Source: Malacoraja senta (lineage: Eukaryota). Taken from it: a stretch of DNA of 64,000 nucleotides. The stretch is from positions 19,842,001-19,906,000 of the forward strand of contig CM075988.1 of NCBI GenBank assembly GCA_038087875.1, written 5' to 3'. Positions 38,300 through 50,150 of this stretch are shown piece by piece. Under the pieces are notes generated by a model. That model was given only the letters and a program-made list of their open reading frames with translations, did no database searches and had not been told where the DNA came from. Numbering within the stretch: the stretch's first letter is position 1; every line of letters starts with the position of its first letter. Both the position numbers and the translations under genes were made by a program.

Positions 38300-40050
38300 A
38301 TACAGAAACATGTTAAAAAGGGAAAATGAGGGTTACGGTGACTGGAATTGCATCATTTACAATATTGAAATGATTTAATGGCACAAATAGAAGTAGGCAG
38401 GTATGATCTACTTGCCATTATCCAACTGGACACCCAAAGCTCAGAACTAAATATTACAGGGTATGCAGCAGGGAAAAGGAGGGGAAAATAGAACAAATGT
38501 CTGTTAAGGGAGAAAATAAGTGCAGTGACAAAATATTGCTTAACAAGATTTGTTACATGCTGATACATCCCATTGTCTCAGGATGCATCACAACTTGGTT
38601 GGGCAACAGCTCCGCCCAAGACCACAAAGAATTGCAGAGAGTTGTGGATGTAGCCCTGCCCATCATAGAGGTGAGTTTCCTCCTCCCCTCCCCACATGCA
38701 GTGGGCAGGAAACATAGGTGGGAATTATTGATATCCATTCAAATAGAAGTTGTGATGTTGGTTATGACATAGGTCAGAAAATTATTGGTGTGTGAGACTG
38801 GAATATTATCGTAATCATGGGAAACTTTAGCCTCCATGCAGAGTGGGCAAAATCAAATTTGCTGTAATAAGATTGAAGATGAATCTGTAAAATGTATATA
38901 CAATACTTTTCATTAATATACTGAAGAATCAACTGGGAAAGGCTATTTTGGATCGAGTTTTGTGCAGTGAGAGAAAGTTAATTGATGATCTTGCTGTCAA
39001 GGCATCATTGGGGAAGAGTATATGATAGAACTTGACATTAAGTCTGTGAGTGATATGGTTCAATATGAAATTAGGTTCTTAAATCTACAGAAAGGGAGCT
39101 ACGAATACATGAAGGGAGAGCTGGCTGTGGTTGAATGAGAGAACATATTGACAAGTATAATAGTGGACAGGCAATGGTTAGCATGCAAAGAAATAATCCA
39201 TAAATCACAAAATAAATCCTTCAAGGCACAAAAACTCAACAGAAGTGATTCATCCGTGGCTGGTGAGTAATTAAATCAAAGGAAGAGCCCCACAAAGTAG
39301 CCGGAAATAGCAGTAACCTGAGGATTGGAAGCATTTTTGAACTCAGCAAAGGAGCATCAAGATGTTGATAATGAAAGGGAAGATTGAATATGAATGTAGA
39401 AAACAAACTGCTTGAGGATCGATTGACCAAAGGATGTTTCAAAGGTGGTGATGAATTTCATCATAAATGTCTGTCTTCAATGAGAGATGGCTCCTGATAT
39501 ATGGAAGCTGGTCTTCCAGCAGTTTGTTTATTGGCTCCAGTCTGCAATCTCTTGAATATGAAAGATTTGTAAAAAAAATAATGTTAAGAGCTTTTATAAG
39601 TCTGGGAAAAGTAAAAGACTTGCGAGGATATGTGTGGGCCCTCTCACACAGAGACGGTAGAATTTATAATGAGGAACAAGCAATGGTAGAGGAATTAAAC
39701 AATTACATTGCATCTGACTTCAGTATTTCGATGAATACTATATTGAACTTTAACAGGTGTATGGTAGAGAGCATACTGACTTGGTTCAGTAACTTGAACG
39801 CCCAGGAACAAATGAGACTACAGAGAAAGGTAATATTACCCTTTCCATCACAGAATCTGGTCTTCCCACCATCAAAGGGATCTGCAGAAAACCCTGGCCA
39901 TGCTCTCATTTCAGTTTTAGAGATAGCAGATGCGATGCTCTGGTTACCACTTTCTAAAGTGCCATAGATTCAGAAAATGTTCGCAAGGATTGGAGGGTAG
40001 CAAACGTGGCCCCACTATTTAGGAAAGGGGGGCAGAGAAAAGAGGGAATT
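38300..40050 (+). mobile_element. Degraded CR1 endonuclease/linker with nested Rex1 fragments
   Basis: MAQIEVGRYDLLAI-like start, aatcatgggaaacttta, gattggagggtagcaaacgtggccccactatttaggaaaggg (DWRVANVAPLFRKG). Confidence 0.75.
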
Positions 40051-40074
40051 GTTAATCTGTTTGCTGAATCACTT

Positions 40075-40250
40075 TACCAAGCATCCCCCACAGCACCACA
40101 CTGCCCTCCAACAATAAAGGTCCTGGAAAACATGGACAGCTTCCCATATCTCAGGAGCCACCACTCATTGAAGGACGTTCATGCTGAAACTCTTCTCCAG
40201 CTTCCAATTGAGCCTATGATCAATTGAGAAGGATCCATATCCCAGAACTA
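40075..40250 (+). mobile_element. RTE-clade LINE fragment
   Basis: PPTIKVLENMDSFPYLRS resembles the RTE LExVxxFxYLGS motif. Confidence 0.5.
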
Positions 40251-42279
40251 GTACAAAGCTCAGTCTACACATAGCGGCACAGTGGTAGCTACATATTTGA
40301 CATAGTCACTGTGGGCCGAGTGGCCTGCTCCTGTGCTGTACTGTTTGTTCTATGTTCTATGTTCACAGAGTATAGCCTGCATCTGAGCCACCGGCTCTCC
40401 AGCCTGGAGTCATCTTGCAGATGCCTTCAACATATTAGACCTTTGCACGTGGCTATGTATCCAGTATTCAGCATTGTCCATGATCTCCAGCCTTGTCGTG
40501 ATATTACTGAAATGCAGGGCAGTTTCTCACCAGTGCGTTACTCTGTCACATAAAACATCATAAAACATGGGAGACACAAGGAATTGCAGATGTTGGAAGC
40601 TTTGCAGCACAGAACGCCACAGGAGATCCTTTTTCCCTGTGGCTCTCAAACTGAACAACTCCTCCCCCTTCTGTCGTGAGGTAGACTGACTCCTCCACTC
40701 TTCCCCAATCTTTGCACATTCCCAACCCTAGACTTTCTACTCGTCCATTTAATTTCATGTTTCATGTATCTTGTTGTGTTTTATGACTGTTGGCAGACCA
40801 ATTTCCCTCCTGGGATAAATAAAGTTTTCATCATATCGAGCCGTATCGTTCAGCAAAACACAAAGTGTTGGAGGAACTCAGCGGGTCAGACAACATCTGT
40901 GGGGGAAATGGACAGATGATGTTTCAGGTCGGGACATTTCTGCACACTGTCAGATTCAGATTAGGCCATGTTTTTTTGCTGTGTTTCGCATCTGACAGCG
41001 TGGGGTGTCCTAAGTACTTCAAAAAGTGTGGTGTGCATCAGTGGCTGGCAGGGCTGCCCACAGATTAAAGCAAGAGGACATTCGCTGAAGACACAGGCAA
41101 CATCCAAAGAGCAAAAGGCTTTCTGTTGCCTCATGGGGATCATATTATCCACCCACATATCTGAATAAGCTGCCAGTAATTCATCACAACAGTTCACCTT
41201 GTTAAGTCGATGATCTTTTGACCTCAATAAATTTTGCACACTTTAAGAAGGACATATGACACTGGAGCTGATCAAATCGTGGGAATATAACAGCCAGAGG
41301 TGAGACGTTAAAGTAATTCTTATTCTGAAAGGTTTAAATTGGGAATGTGATTTCTTCTCTGTCTATATTTTAAGTGAATTTTATGATTATTTAATCAAGA
41401 TCCCAAAGGCTTGAAATGAAAAGAGAGTGCTCTTTTTATGTCTTGTGGGGGAAGAGTGTTGGACAGAGCAAGGAATAAATTACATTCCATGACTTTTAAG
41501 AATAAAGAGAAACAAGGAAGGTTGGAAATGTTGAGAGATGTTTCTCCTGACATGTAGACTGCTGTGCAAATATTTTCATTGCGAACTACAATATCCATGT
41601 GTCACCCATCCAAATACTGCAGGTAGCTTTGCAACGCTGGGCTTTGTTCCACTGATGAGCCGACATAAAAGAGAATGAGGACTGAGCATCTCTACTTTCC
41701 ACCCCTTGGCTGTCAATTAGGGCAAAATCAACATTGCTCACCTGCAATGCAACCCAACAGAGGCAAAAATATCAAATAGAAAAAGATGTCCTGTCTGATC
41801 TTACAAATATTTCCTTGAACAACAAATCAAAATAATGTTAAATGAAAATATTAGGCAATATAAACTTTTGTCTTTGTGCAACGCATAAACTACAATGAAT
41901 GATTACTTCTAAGCATAAATAATATAAAATATTCACTTGCAAGAAATGCATGTTGCACGGTGTGAAGGTTGCTATAGTTCTATTAGCTTTACTCCCTGGT
42001 ATGAACCAGCGAGATGTGAGCATAACTACACTCCCATAAATTTGACCATAAGCCTTAGGTTGGCACCAAGGAAGTGCTGTTGATGTGCGTTTGCAGATGA
42101 CTGTTAAATGTGGTCCAAGTCCAATATCAAAAGCATGGTAGACCGTCGCGTATTCATACAGCAGTAGCGGCAGAACATCACAATGTTTGGTCACTAAGGT
42201 GTTGCCGCTATGGGAGCTTGCTCTGCACAAACCATCAGCCACATTCCTAAATTCCAGGAACAGCTTCAGGAAGATTGTG

Positions 42280-42643
42280 TGGGTGGCACAGTGGTGTGGG
42301 GGCAGCCCAGTGGTGTGGGGGCAGCACAGTGGTGTGGGGGCAGCACAGTGGCACAGAGGTAGAGTTGCTGCCTTACAGCGCCAGAGGCCCGGGTCCAATC
42401 CTGACGAGGGGTGCTGTCTGGAAAGAGTTTGTACGTTCTCCCTGTGACCGTGTGTGTTTTCTCCGGGTGCTCCGATTTCTTCCCACACCCCAAAGATGTA
42501 CAGGTTTGTAGGCTAATTGGGTTCAGTAAAATTGTCCCCAGATGTGTTGGATAGTGTTCGTATACGGGTGATCACTGATCGGCGTGGACTCGGTAGGCTG
42601 AAAGGCATGTTTGGGCTCTATTTCTAAAGTCTAAAAGTCTAAA
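42280..42643 (+). mobile_element. V-SINE with its 5' end amplified as a 19-bp tandem repeat
   Basis: GGCAGCACAGTGGTGTGGG repeated about 4 times at 42282-42352, then normal SINE body and (tctaaa)n tail. Confidence 0.9.
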
Positions 42644-43061
42644 ACGTCTTCCCCTTTGTAATCCAGCTTCTGAACGGTCCTTCGATAAGTTAGGGCACTG
42701 TCCAATTCATCTCTACCCCATCACTCGCATTGGACTTCGTCTCTGGAACTGATGCACTTAAATGCTGAGAACTATATTCTGCATTCTGTACCTTCCCCTT
42801 TGCTCTATCTATTGTACTTAAGTTTGCCGATTATATTTATGCACAGTATTATCTGATCTGATTATATAGCATGCAAAATAAGGCATTTCGCTGTACCTTG
42901 GTACATGTAACAATAGTAATAAATTTAAACCTATCAAATTACAATGGGGACTATATCACAGAAATATTTCATTAGCATAAAGTGCTTTTGGATGTTCCAA
43001 AATGTCCTCTGCAATGCTTCCTTTGGAGAAAAAAAGCTGCCAGCACGCAAGATTAATAAGT

Positions 43062-43940
43062 CAGTTTAGCGTGTACCGAGGTACAGTGAAATGTTTTGTT
43101 GCGTGCTATCTAGTCAGCAGAAAGACAATACATGATTACAATCGAGTCATTTGCATGGTATAGATACATGATAAGGGAATAACGTTTAGTGCAAGGTAAA
43201 GCCAGTAAAGTCTGATCAAGGATAGTCCGAGGGTCGCCAAAGAGGTAGATAGTAGTTTACCACTGGTCTCTGGTTGTGGCAGGATGATTCAGTTGTCTGA
43301 TAAAAGCTGGGAAAAAACTGTCCCTGAATCTAGATGCGTGCGTTTTCACATTTCTGTACCTTTTGCCTGATGGGAGAGGGGAGAAGAGGGAGTGGCCAGG
43401 GTGCGACTCATCCTTGATTATGCTACTGGCTTTGCCGAGGCAGTGAGAGGTATAAATGGAGCCAATGGAAGGGATGTTGGTTTGTGTGATGGTCTGGGCT
43501 CCGTGTACAATTCGCTGCAATGTCTTGCGATCTTGGATGGAGCTGTCCCCAAACCAATCTGTTATGCATCCTGATGAAATGCTTTCTATGGTGCATCAGT
43601 AGAAGTTGGTGAGAGTTGTCGGGGACATGCCAAACTTCCTAAGGCATCTGAGGAAGTAGAGGCGTTGGTGTGCCTTCTTGGTCGTTGCCTCAATATGGGT
43701 GGTCCAGGAGTTATTGTTTGTGATATTGACTCTTAGGAATTTGAAGTTTTCAACCATCTCTACTTCGGCACCATCAATGCAAACTGGGGTATATGTACCG
43801 CTTTACTTCCTGAAGTCGTGGGTGTACAAGATCTAAAGAAGGGGGCTGAGAACTTAGCCTTGCGGAGCACCAGTGTTGAGGATTATCGTGGAGGATGATT
43901 TGTCCCCTATCCTCACTGATTGGGGTCTGTTGGTTAGAAA
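43062..43940 (-). mobile_element. Rex1/Babar LINE, 3' part (continues at 48035-48378)
   Basis: ORF 43257-43520 ASSIIKDESHPGHSLFSPLPSGKRYR...RFRDSFFP; TGAPQG motif near 43860-43875. Confidence 0.9.
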
Positions 43941-44305
43941 AAATGCTACCATATATCGCTATGATTTTTGGCCATCTTACTCACAGTCCTCCGCTGAGGC
44001 AGCCCCGAGGATTTTTCCGATCGATGAAAAATAAAATAGTTATGAGTGTTTTAAAAATCTTGAGATCTACTGATTGGTCCTCTCGCCTGTCAATCACCAC
44101 AATGAAGGTAACGCCCCTTCCGGGGGGGGGGGGGGGCAGGACTATAAAACCCCGGATGCCTGAACCTGAGTAAGTCACTCTGGACGATTGCGAGGGAGAG
44201 TCCACAACTGTGATACTAAGCTGTGAATCAACTGCTGTCAGTCTGCAATGTACTTGCAATAAATGATTTGTTAGCCCTTAATGACAATGCAATGCGTTGA
44301 TTGGC

Positions 44306-44582
44306 AATTTGGTAGCCTACACTCTGCTTGAAATGCTATGAAATTGAATTTGGTGGCCTGCAATCTGTTTGAAATGCTATGAAATTGAATTTGGTGGCCT
44401 GCACTCTGCTTGAAATGCTATGAAATTGAATTTGGTGGCCTGCACTCTGCTTGAAATGCTATGAAATTGAATTTGGTGGCCTGCACTCTGCTTGAAAATG
44501 CTATGAAATTGAAATTGGTGGCCTGCACTCAGCTTGAAATGCTATGAAATTGAATTTGGTGGCCTGTACTCTGCTTGAAATG
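44306..44582 (+). repeat. 41-bp minisatellite, about 6.5 copies
   Basis: Unit GAAATGCTATGAAATTGAATTTGGTGGCCTGCACTCTGCTT starting at 44330, 44371, 44412, 44453, 44494, 44536. Confidence 0.97.
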
Positions 44583-44610
44583 GAATTTCAAGGAATATCC
44601 ATGAGTGAAC

Positions 44611-44740
44611 TGCCAGCCCACCAGCCTTGAGTGACTGATCTGCCAGCCCTCCAGCCCTGAGTAACTGAGCTGCCAGCCCACCAGCCCTGAGTGACTGAGC
44701 TGCCAGCCCACCTGGCCTGAGTGACTGTGCTGCCATCCCA
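44611..44740 (+). repeat. 30-bp minisatellite, about 4.3 copies
   Basis: Unit TGCCAGCCCACCAGCCCTGAGTGACTGAGC. Confidence 0.97.
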
Positions 44741-44893
44741 AGAATCCATTTGGCTCACAATGTCCATACTAGCCCTCTGGAAACCAGCCCCTTCGGCCAA
44801 CAACACCCATACTAGCACTCTAGAAAGCCCCCCCCCCCCCCCACTGGCCACCAATATTGGAATTGGTGGAGAGGTGGAATATTGCGTTGGGGG

Positions 44894-47800
44894 AAACATA
44901 GAAATATAGAAACATAGAAAATAGGTGCAGGAGTAGGTCATTTGGCCCTTTGAGCCTGCACCGCCATTTGATATGATCATGGCTGATCATCCAACTCAGT
45001 ATCCTGTACCTGCATTCTCTCCATACCCCCTGATCCCTTTAGCCACAAGGGCCACATCTAACTCCCTCTTAAATATAGCCAATGAACTGGCCTCAACTAC
45101 CTTCTGTGGCAGAGAATTCCAGAGATTCACCACTCTCTGTGTAAAAAATGTTTTCCTCATCTCGGTCCTAAAAGATTTCCCCCTTCTCCTTAAACTGTGA
45201 CCCCTTGTTCTGGACTTCCCCAACATCGGGAACAATCTTCCTGCATCTAGCCTGTCCAACCCCTTAAGAATTTTGTACGTTTCTATAAGATCACCCCTCA
45301 ATCTTCTAAATTCTAGCGAGTACAAACCGAGTCTATCCAGTCTTTCTTCATATGAAAGTCCTGACATCCCAGGAATCAGCCTGGTGAACCTTCTCTGTAC
45401 TCCCTCTATGGCAAGAATGTCTTTCCTCAGTTTAGCAGACCAAAACTGTACGCAATACTCCAGGTGTGGTCTCACCAAGACCCTGTACAACTGCAGTAGA
45501 ACCTCCCTGCTCCTATACTCAAATCCTTTTGCTATGAATGCTAACATACCATTCGCCTTCTTCACTGCCTGCTGCACCTGCATGCCTACTTTTAATGACT
45601 GGTGTACCATGACACCCAGGTCTCATTGCATCTCCCCTTTTCCTAATCGGCCACCATTCAGATAATAGTCTACTTTCCTGTTTTTGCCACCAAAGTGGAT
45701 AACCTCACATTTATCGACATTATACTGCATCTGCCATGCATTTGCCCACACACCCAGCCTATCCAAGTCACCGTGCAGCCTCCGAGCATCCTCCTCACAG
45801 CTAACACTGCCCCCCAGCTGCGTGTCATCCGCAAACTTGGAGATGTTGCATTCAATTCCCTCGTCCAAATCATTAATATATATCGTAAATAGCTGGGGTC
45901 CCAGCACTGAGCCTTGCGGTGCCCCACTAGTCACTGCCTGCCATTGTGAAAGGACCCGTTTACTCCTACTCTTTGCTTCCTGTCTGCCAGCCAGTTCTCT
46001 ATCCACATCAATACTGAACCCCCAATACCGTGTGCTTTAAGTTTGTATACTAATCTCTTATGTGGGACCTTGTCGAAAGCCTTCTGAAAGTCCAGATATA
46101 ACACATCCACTGGTTCTCCCTTATCCACTCTACTAGTTACATCCTCGAAAAATTCTATAAGATTCGTCAGACATGATTTACCTTTCATAAATCCATGCTG
46201 ACTTTGTCCAATGATTTCACCACTTTCCAAATGTGCTGCTATCCCATCTTTAATAACTGATTCTAGCAGTTTCCCCACTACCGACGTTAGACTAACTGGT
46301 CTGTAATTCCCCATTTTCTCTCTCCCTCCCTTTTTAAAAAGTGGGGTTACATTAGCTACCCTCCAATCCTACTTCCTTAAGTACTCTGGGATGCAGCCTA
46401 TCTGGCCCTGGGGATTTATCGGCCTTTAATCCATTCAATTTACCTAACACCACTTCCCGGCTAACCTGGATTTCACTCAGTTCCTCCATCTCATTTGACC
46501 CCCGGTCCCCTGCTATTTCCGGCAGATTATTTATGTCTTCCTTAGTGAAGACAGAACCAAAGTAGTTATTCAATTGGTCTGCCATGTCCTTGTTCCCCAT
46601 GATCAATTCACCTGTTTCTGACTGCAAGGGACCTACATTTGTTTTAACTAATCTTTTTCTCTTCACATATCTATAAAAGCTTTTGCCGTCCGTTTTTATG
46701 TTCCCTGCCAGTTTTCTTTCATAATCCATTTTCCCTTTCCTGATTAAGCCCTTTGTCCTCCTCTGCTGGACTCTGAATTTCTCCCAGTCCTCTGGTAGGC
46801 TGCTTTTTCCGGCTAATTTATACGCTTCATCTTTTGTTTTGATACTATCCCTGATTTCCCTTGTTATCCCTGGATGCACTACCTTCCCTGATTTATTTTT
46901 TTGCCAAACTGGGATGAACAATTGTTGTAGTTCATCCATGCAGTCTTTAAATGCCTTCCATTGCATATCTACCGTCAACCCATTAAGAATCAATTGCCAG
47001 TCTATCTTGGCCAATTCACTTCTCATACCCTCAAAGTTACCTTTCTTTAAGTTCAGGACCCTTGTTTCTGAATTAACAATGTCACTCTCCATCCTAATGA
47101 AGAACTCAACCATATTATGGTCACTCTTGCCCAAGGGGCCATGCACAATAAGACTGCTAACTAACCCTGCCTCATTACTCAATACCCAGTCTAGAATAGC
47201 CTGCTCTCTCGTTGGTTCCTCTACATGTTGGTTTAGAAAACTATCCCGCATACATTCCAAGAAATCCTCTTCCTCAGCACCCTTGCCAATTTGATTCACC
47301 CAATCTATATGTAGATTGAAGTCACCCATTATAACTGTTTTACCTTTGTTGCACGCATTTCTAATTTCCTGTTTGATGCCATCCCCAACTCCACTACTAC
47401 TGTCAGGTGGCCTGTACACAACTCCCACTAGCGTTTTCTGCCCCTTAGTGTTTCGCAGCTCTACCCATATCGATTCCACATCCTCCAAGCTAATGTCCTT
47501 CCTTTCTATTGCGTTAATCTGCTCTCTAACCAGCAACGCTACCCCACCTCCTTTCCCTTTCTGTCTATCCTGAATATTGAATATCCCTGGATATTCAGCT
47601 CCCAGCCTTGGTTACCCTGGAGCCATGTCTCCGTGATCCCAACTATATCATAGTCATTAATAGCTATCTGCACATTCAACTCATCCACCTTATTACGAAT
47701 GCTCCTTGCATTGAGACACAAAGCCTTCAGGCTTGTTTTTACAACACTCCTACCCCTTATACAATTATGTTGAAACGTGGCCCTTTTTGATTTTTGCCCT

Positions 47801-47981
47801 GGATTTATCTGCCTGCCACTTTTACTTTTCACCTTGCTACCTATTGCTTCTACCCTAATTTTACACCCCTCTGTCTCTACGCTCACACATTTAAGAAACC
47901 CTTTCCCTTTAACTCCATCCTCAACTATCCCATTCGACACCCCACCCCCCTTATTCAGTTTAAAACCACCCGTGTAGCAGA
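44894..47981 (-). mobile_element. Young 5'-truncated CR1 LINE: last codons of ORF1, near-complete frameshifted ORF2 (APE endonuclease plus RT), 3' UTR, octamer tail
   Basis: [71 protein letters not shown] spread over five ORFs; (AAACATAG)n at 44894. Confidence 0.97.
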
Positions 47982-48034
47982 GGAACCAGCCCTCACGTGT
48001 GAACATGAGACCCAATGGGTCCTACTTAGTCTAG

Positions 48035-48378
48035 TAATGGTATTAAAGGCAGAGCTATAGTCTATGAATAGGAGACTGACGTAGGTGTCTCTCTTATCCA
48101 GGTTCGAGGGATGATTGTAGGGCTAGGGCAATGGCATCGTCCGTGAACCTGTTGTGGCAGTATACGAACTACAGTGGGTCAAGTCCGGTGAGTAGACTGG
48201 ATTTAATGCGTTCCATAACTAGCCTGTCAAAACATTTCATGATTGTGGATGTCAAGGCCACAGGACGGTAGTTGTTTAGGCATGAGGTCTTGCTTTTCTT
48301 CGGCACTGGGATGATGGTGGTCTTCTTGAAGCAGGTGGGTACCTCAGAATGGAGTAGGGAGAGATTAAAGATGATGCA
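48035..48378 (-). mobile_element. Rex1/Babar LINE, RT N-terminal part (same copy as 43062-43940)
   Basis: [51 protein letters not shown]. Confidence 0.92.
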
Positions 48379-49825
48379 GTAGGGTGAGATTAAAGATATA
48401 CGGAGAGAGATTAAAGATGTACGGAATAGGGAGAAATTAAAGAGATTAATCATACATGTTGCTTTGACAAGAAAACAAAATAATGACTTTTAACTTTTTT
48501 GGGGTGCCGGTACATTATACGATCTCCATCTCGTAACCCAGGTGCTGACAGGCTTGGACCAGGGTCATGCAAGATGGAAGTGAACCGGCATTCCGAGCGG
48601 AAACAGGCTGATGTTGTGAAAGCACATACCATCACAACAAAAACACTGGTGCTATATAAGTACGTCTTTTGTCCTGCGCTTCATTAGCCGGAGTGAATCA
48701 TATTTTGTACCTCCGCAGCCTCACCGTGAGCCTCGGTGTTCGCTTGTTGCTCAGTAAAATGATCAGCACTTCAGCTTCATTCCCCTCAAGAAAATATTTG
48801 ACTGATGACCTCCAGCTTTCATAAAGTCGTGAGATTTGTGCACTGAGGTGTATCATTATCCTCTTCTGTGGAGTAAGCGATTATTTATGGGCAATTATCT
48901 TGGCTGACTACACTGTCTTTCACATTAGAAAGTAATCTTGGAGTGTGGGAGCAGCAATAAACTCCTCGAGTGACAATGGAAATGCATTAATTCCTTAGTC
49001 TTGCAGTTATTATATCACACAAGTCAACCTTGGCACTGGCTCGATCATGCATATCTCCGATGCACTGCATATAAACAGTGTCAGATTTTCCTCTTCACAG
49101 GTTGAGAGTAGGAGCAAGCAGTACTGCAGCAGCTTCTGGTGAAGTTAAATAAAATCATGAATGGCCAGTTCTACCCTTCTTCTTGCATGTGGCAGGAGCA
49201 TAACATGTAAATTCTGTTGGAGCCAGACGTCGGGCACCCATTCATACTAATACAATGTTATTCTATTTTCTCATCCACTCCCTACATACTAGGGGTAATA
49301 TACACGCATGTCTTTGGGATGAAACCGACCCGGATTGAAACCCACACAGACAGCAACCAAGATCAAGAACGAAGCCGGGTCTCTGGCACTGTGAAGCAGC
49401 AGCTCTATCAGCATATCTGATTCAGCCCATATCTGATCCAGGGTAATGCATTCACAGGCAAATGACAATCTGATTTGTCACTTGTGCATTAAAAGTGGCC
49501 ACATACCCCGTTCAGAGGAGTGGCCAAACCAAGCTGTGATGTATCTCAATACGATGTTTTCAATGGTATACCTGTACAAATTGGTACAGTGAAGCATCAA
49601 CCATTCCTTTCCATCAACAGATGCTGCCTGACCTGCTGTTCCTCCAGCAGATTGTTTGTTGCTCCAGATTCCAGCACCTACAATCTTTGCATCTCCACAG
49701 ATGGTGTTCTAATGGATTGGTGCATCTTGCGGCACACACAGGATTTCTCCGTACCCTTCTACTTTCAGTTTTGGCATGTGGGGCAACAAGAAATTATTTG
49801 GAGGATGAGAAATGTAATTAACAAG

Positions 49826-50150
49826 GTCAGCACAGTGATGTAGCCAGTAGAGCCGCCATCTCACAGCTACAGCCACCCATATTAAATCTTGACTTCCAGT
49901 GCTGCCTGTGTGAAGTTTGCACGTTCTTTCCGTGACCACGAGGGTATCACCCAGTTCTTCCAGTTTCCTCCCACATCCGAAAGTTGGTAGGTTAATGCCC
50001 AATGTAAATTGCCCCTTGGGTGTAGCTGAGTGGTTTAATGGAGCTGGAGGGGCAAAGTGAGGCGAATGGGTTACAGGGAAAATTAGCGGGGATAGTATTG
50101 CTTAGAGAGCACGCATAGACTCCATGTCAAATGGCCTTTTTCTGTGCTGC
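49826..50150 (+). mobile_element. Diverged V-SINE; further copies near 35478-35640 (+), 49220-49410 (-), 50740-51025 (+), 56760-56990 (-), 61918-62230 (+)
   Basis: V-domain text gagtttgcacgttct...gtgacc...gtttcctcccacatcc. Confidence 0.8.

Larger units (their letters stand above)
43941..48034 (+). mobile_element. Non-autonomous Helitron-like element (43941-44893 plus 47982-48034), split by CR1
   Basis: 3' hairpin GACCC-aat-GGGTC (48009-48021) then CTAG (48031-48034) followed by T; internal minisatellites; 5' TC end not identifiable. Confidence 0.75.

Noticed and set aside
41838..42488. 216-aa minus-strand ORF
   Set aside because: Begins in an antisense V-SINE and its 19-bp repeat; remainder unrecognisable.
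44306..44740. Regular repeats resembling a CRISPR array
   Set aside because: Head-to-tail units with no unique spacers, no cas genes, eukaryotic context; they are Helitron-internal minisatellites.
46352..47536. 394-aa ORF as a host gene
   Set aside because: Part of frameshifted CR1 ORF2.
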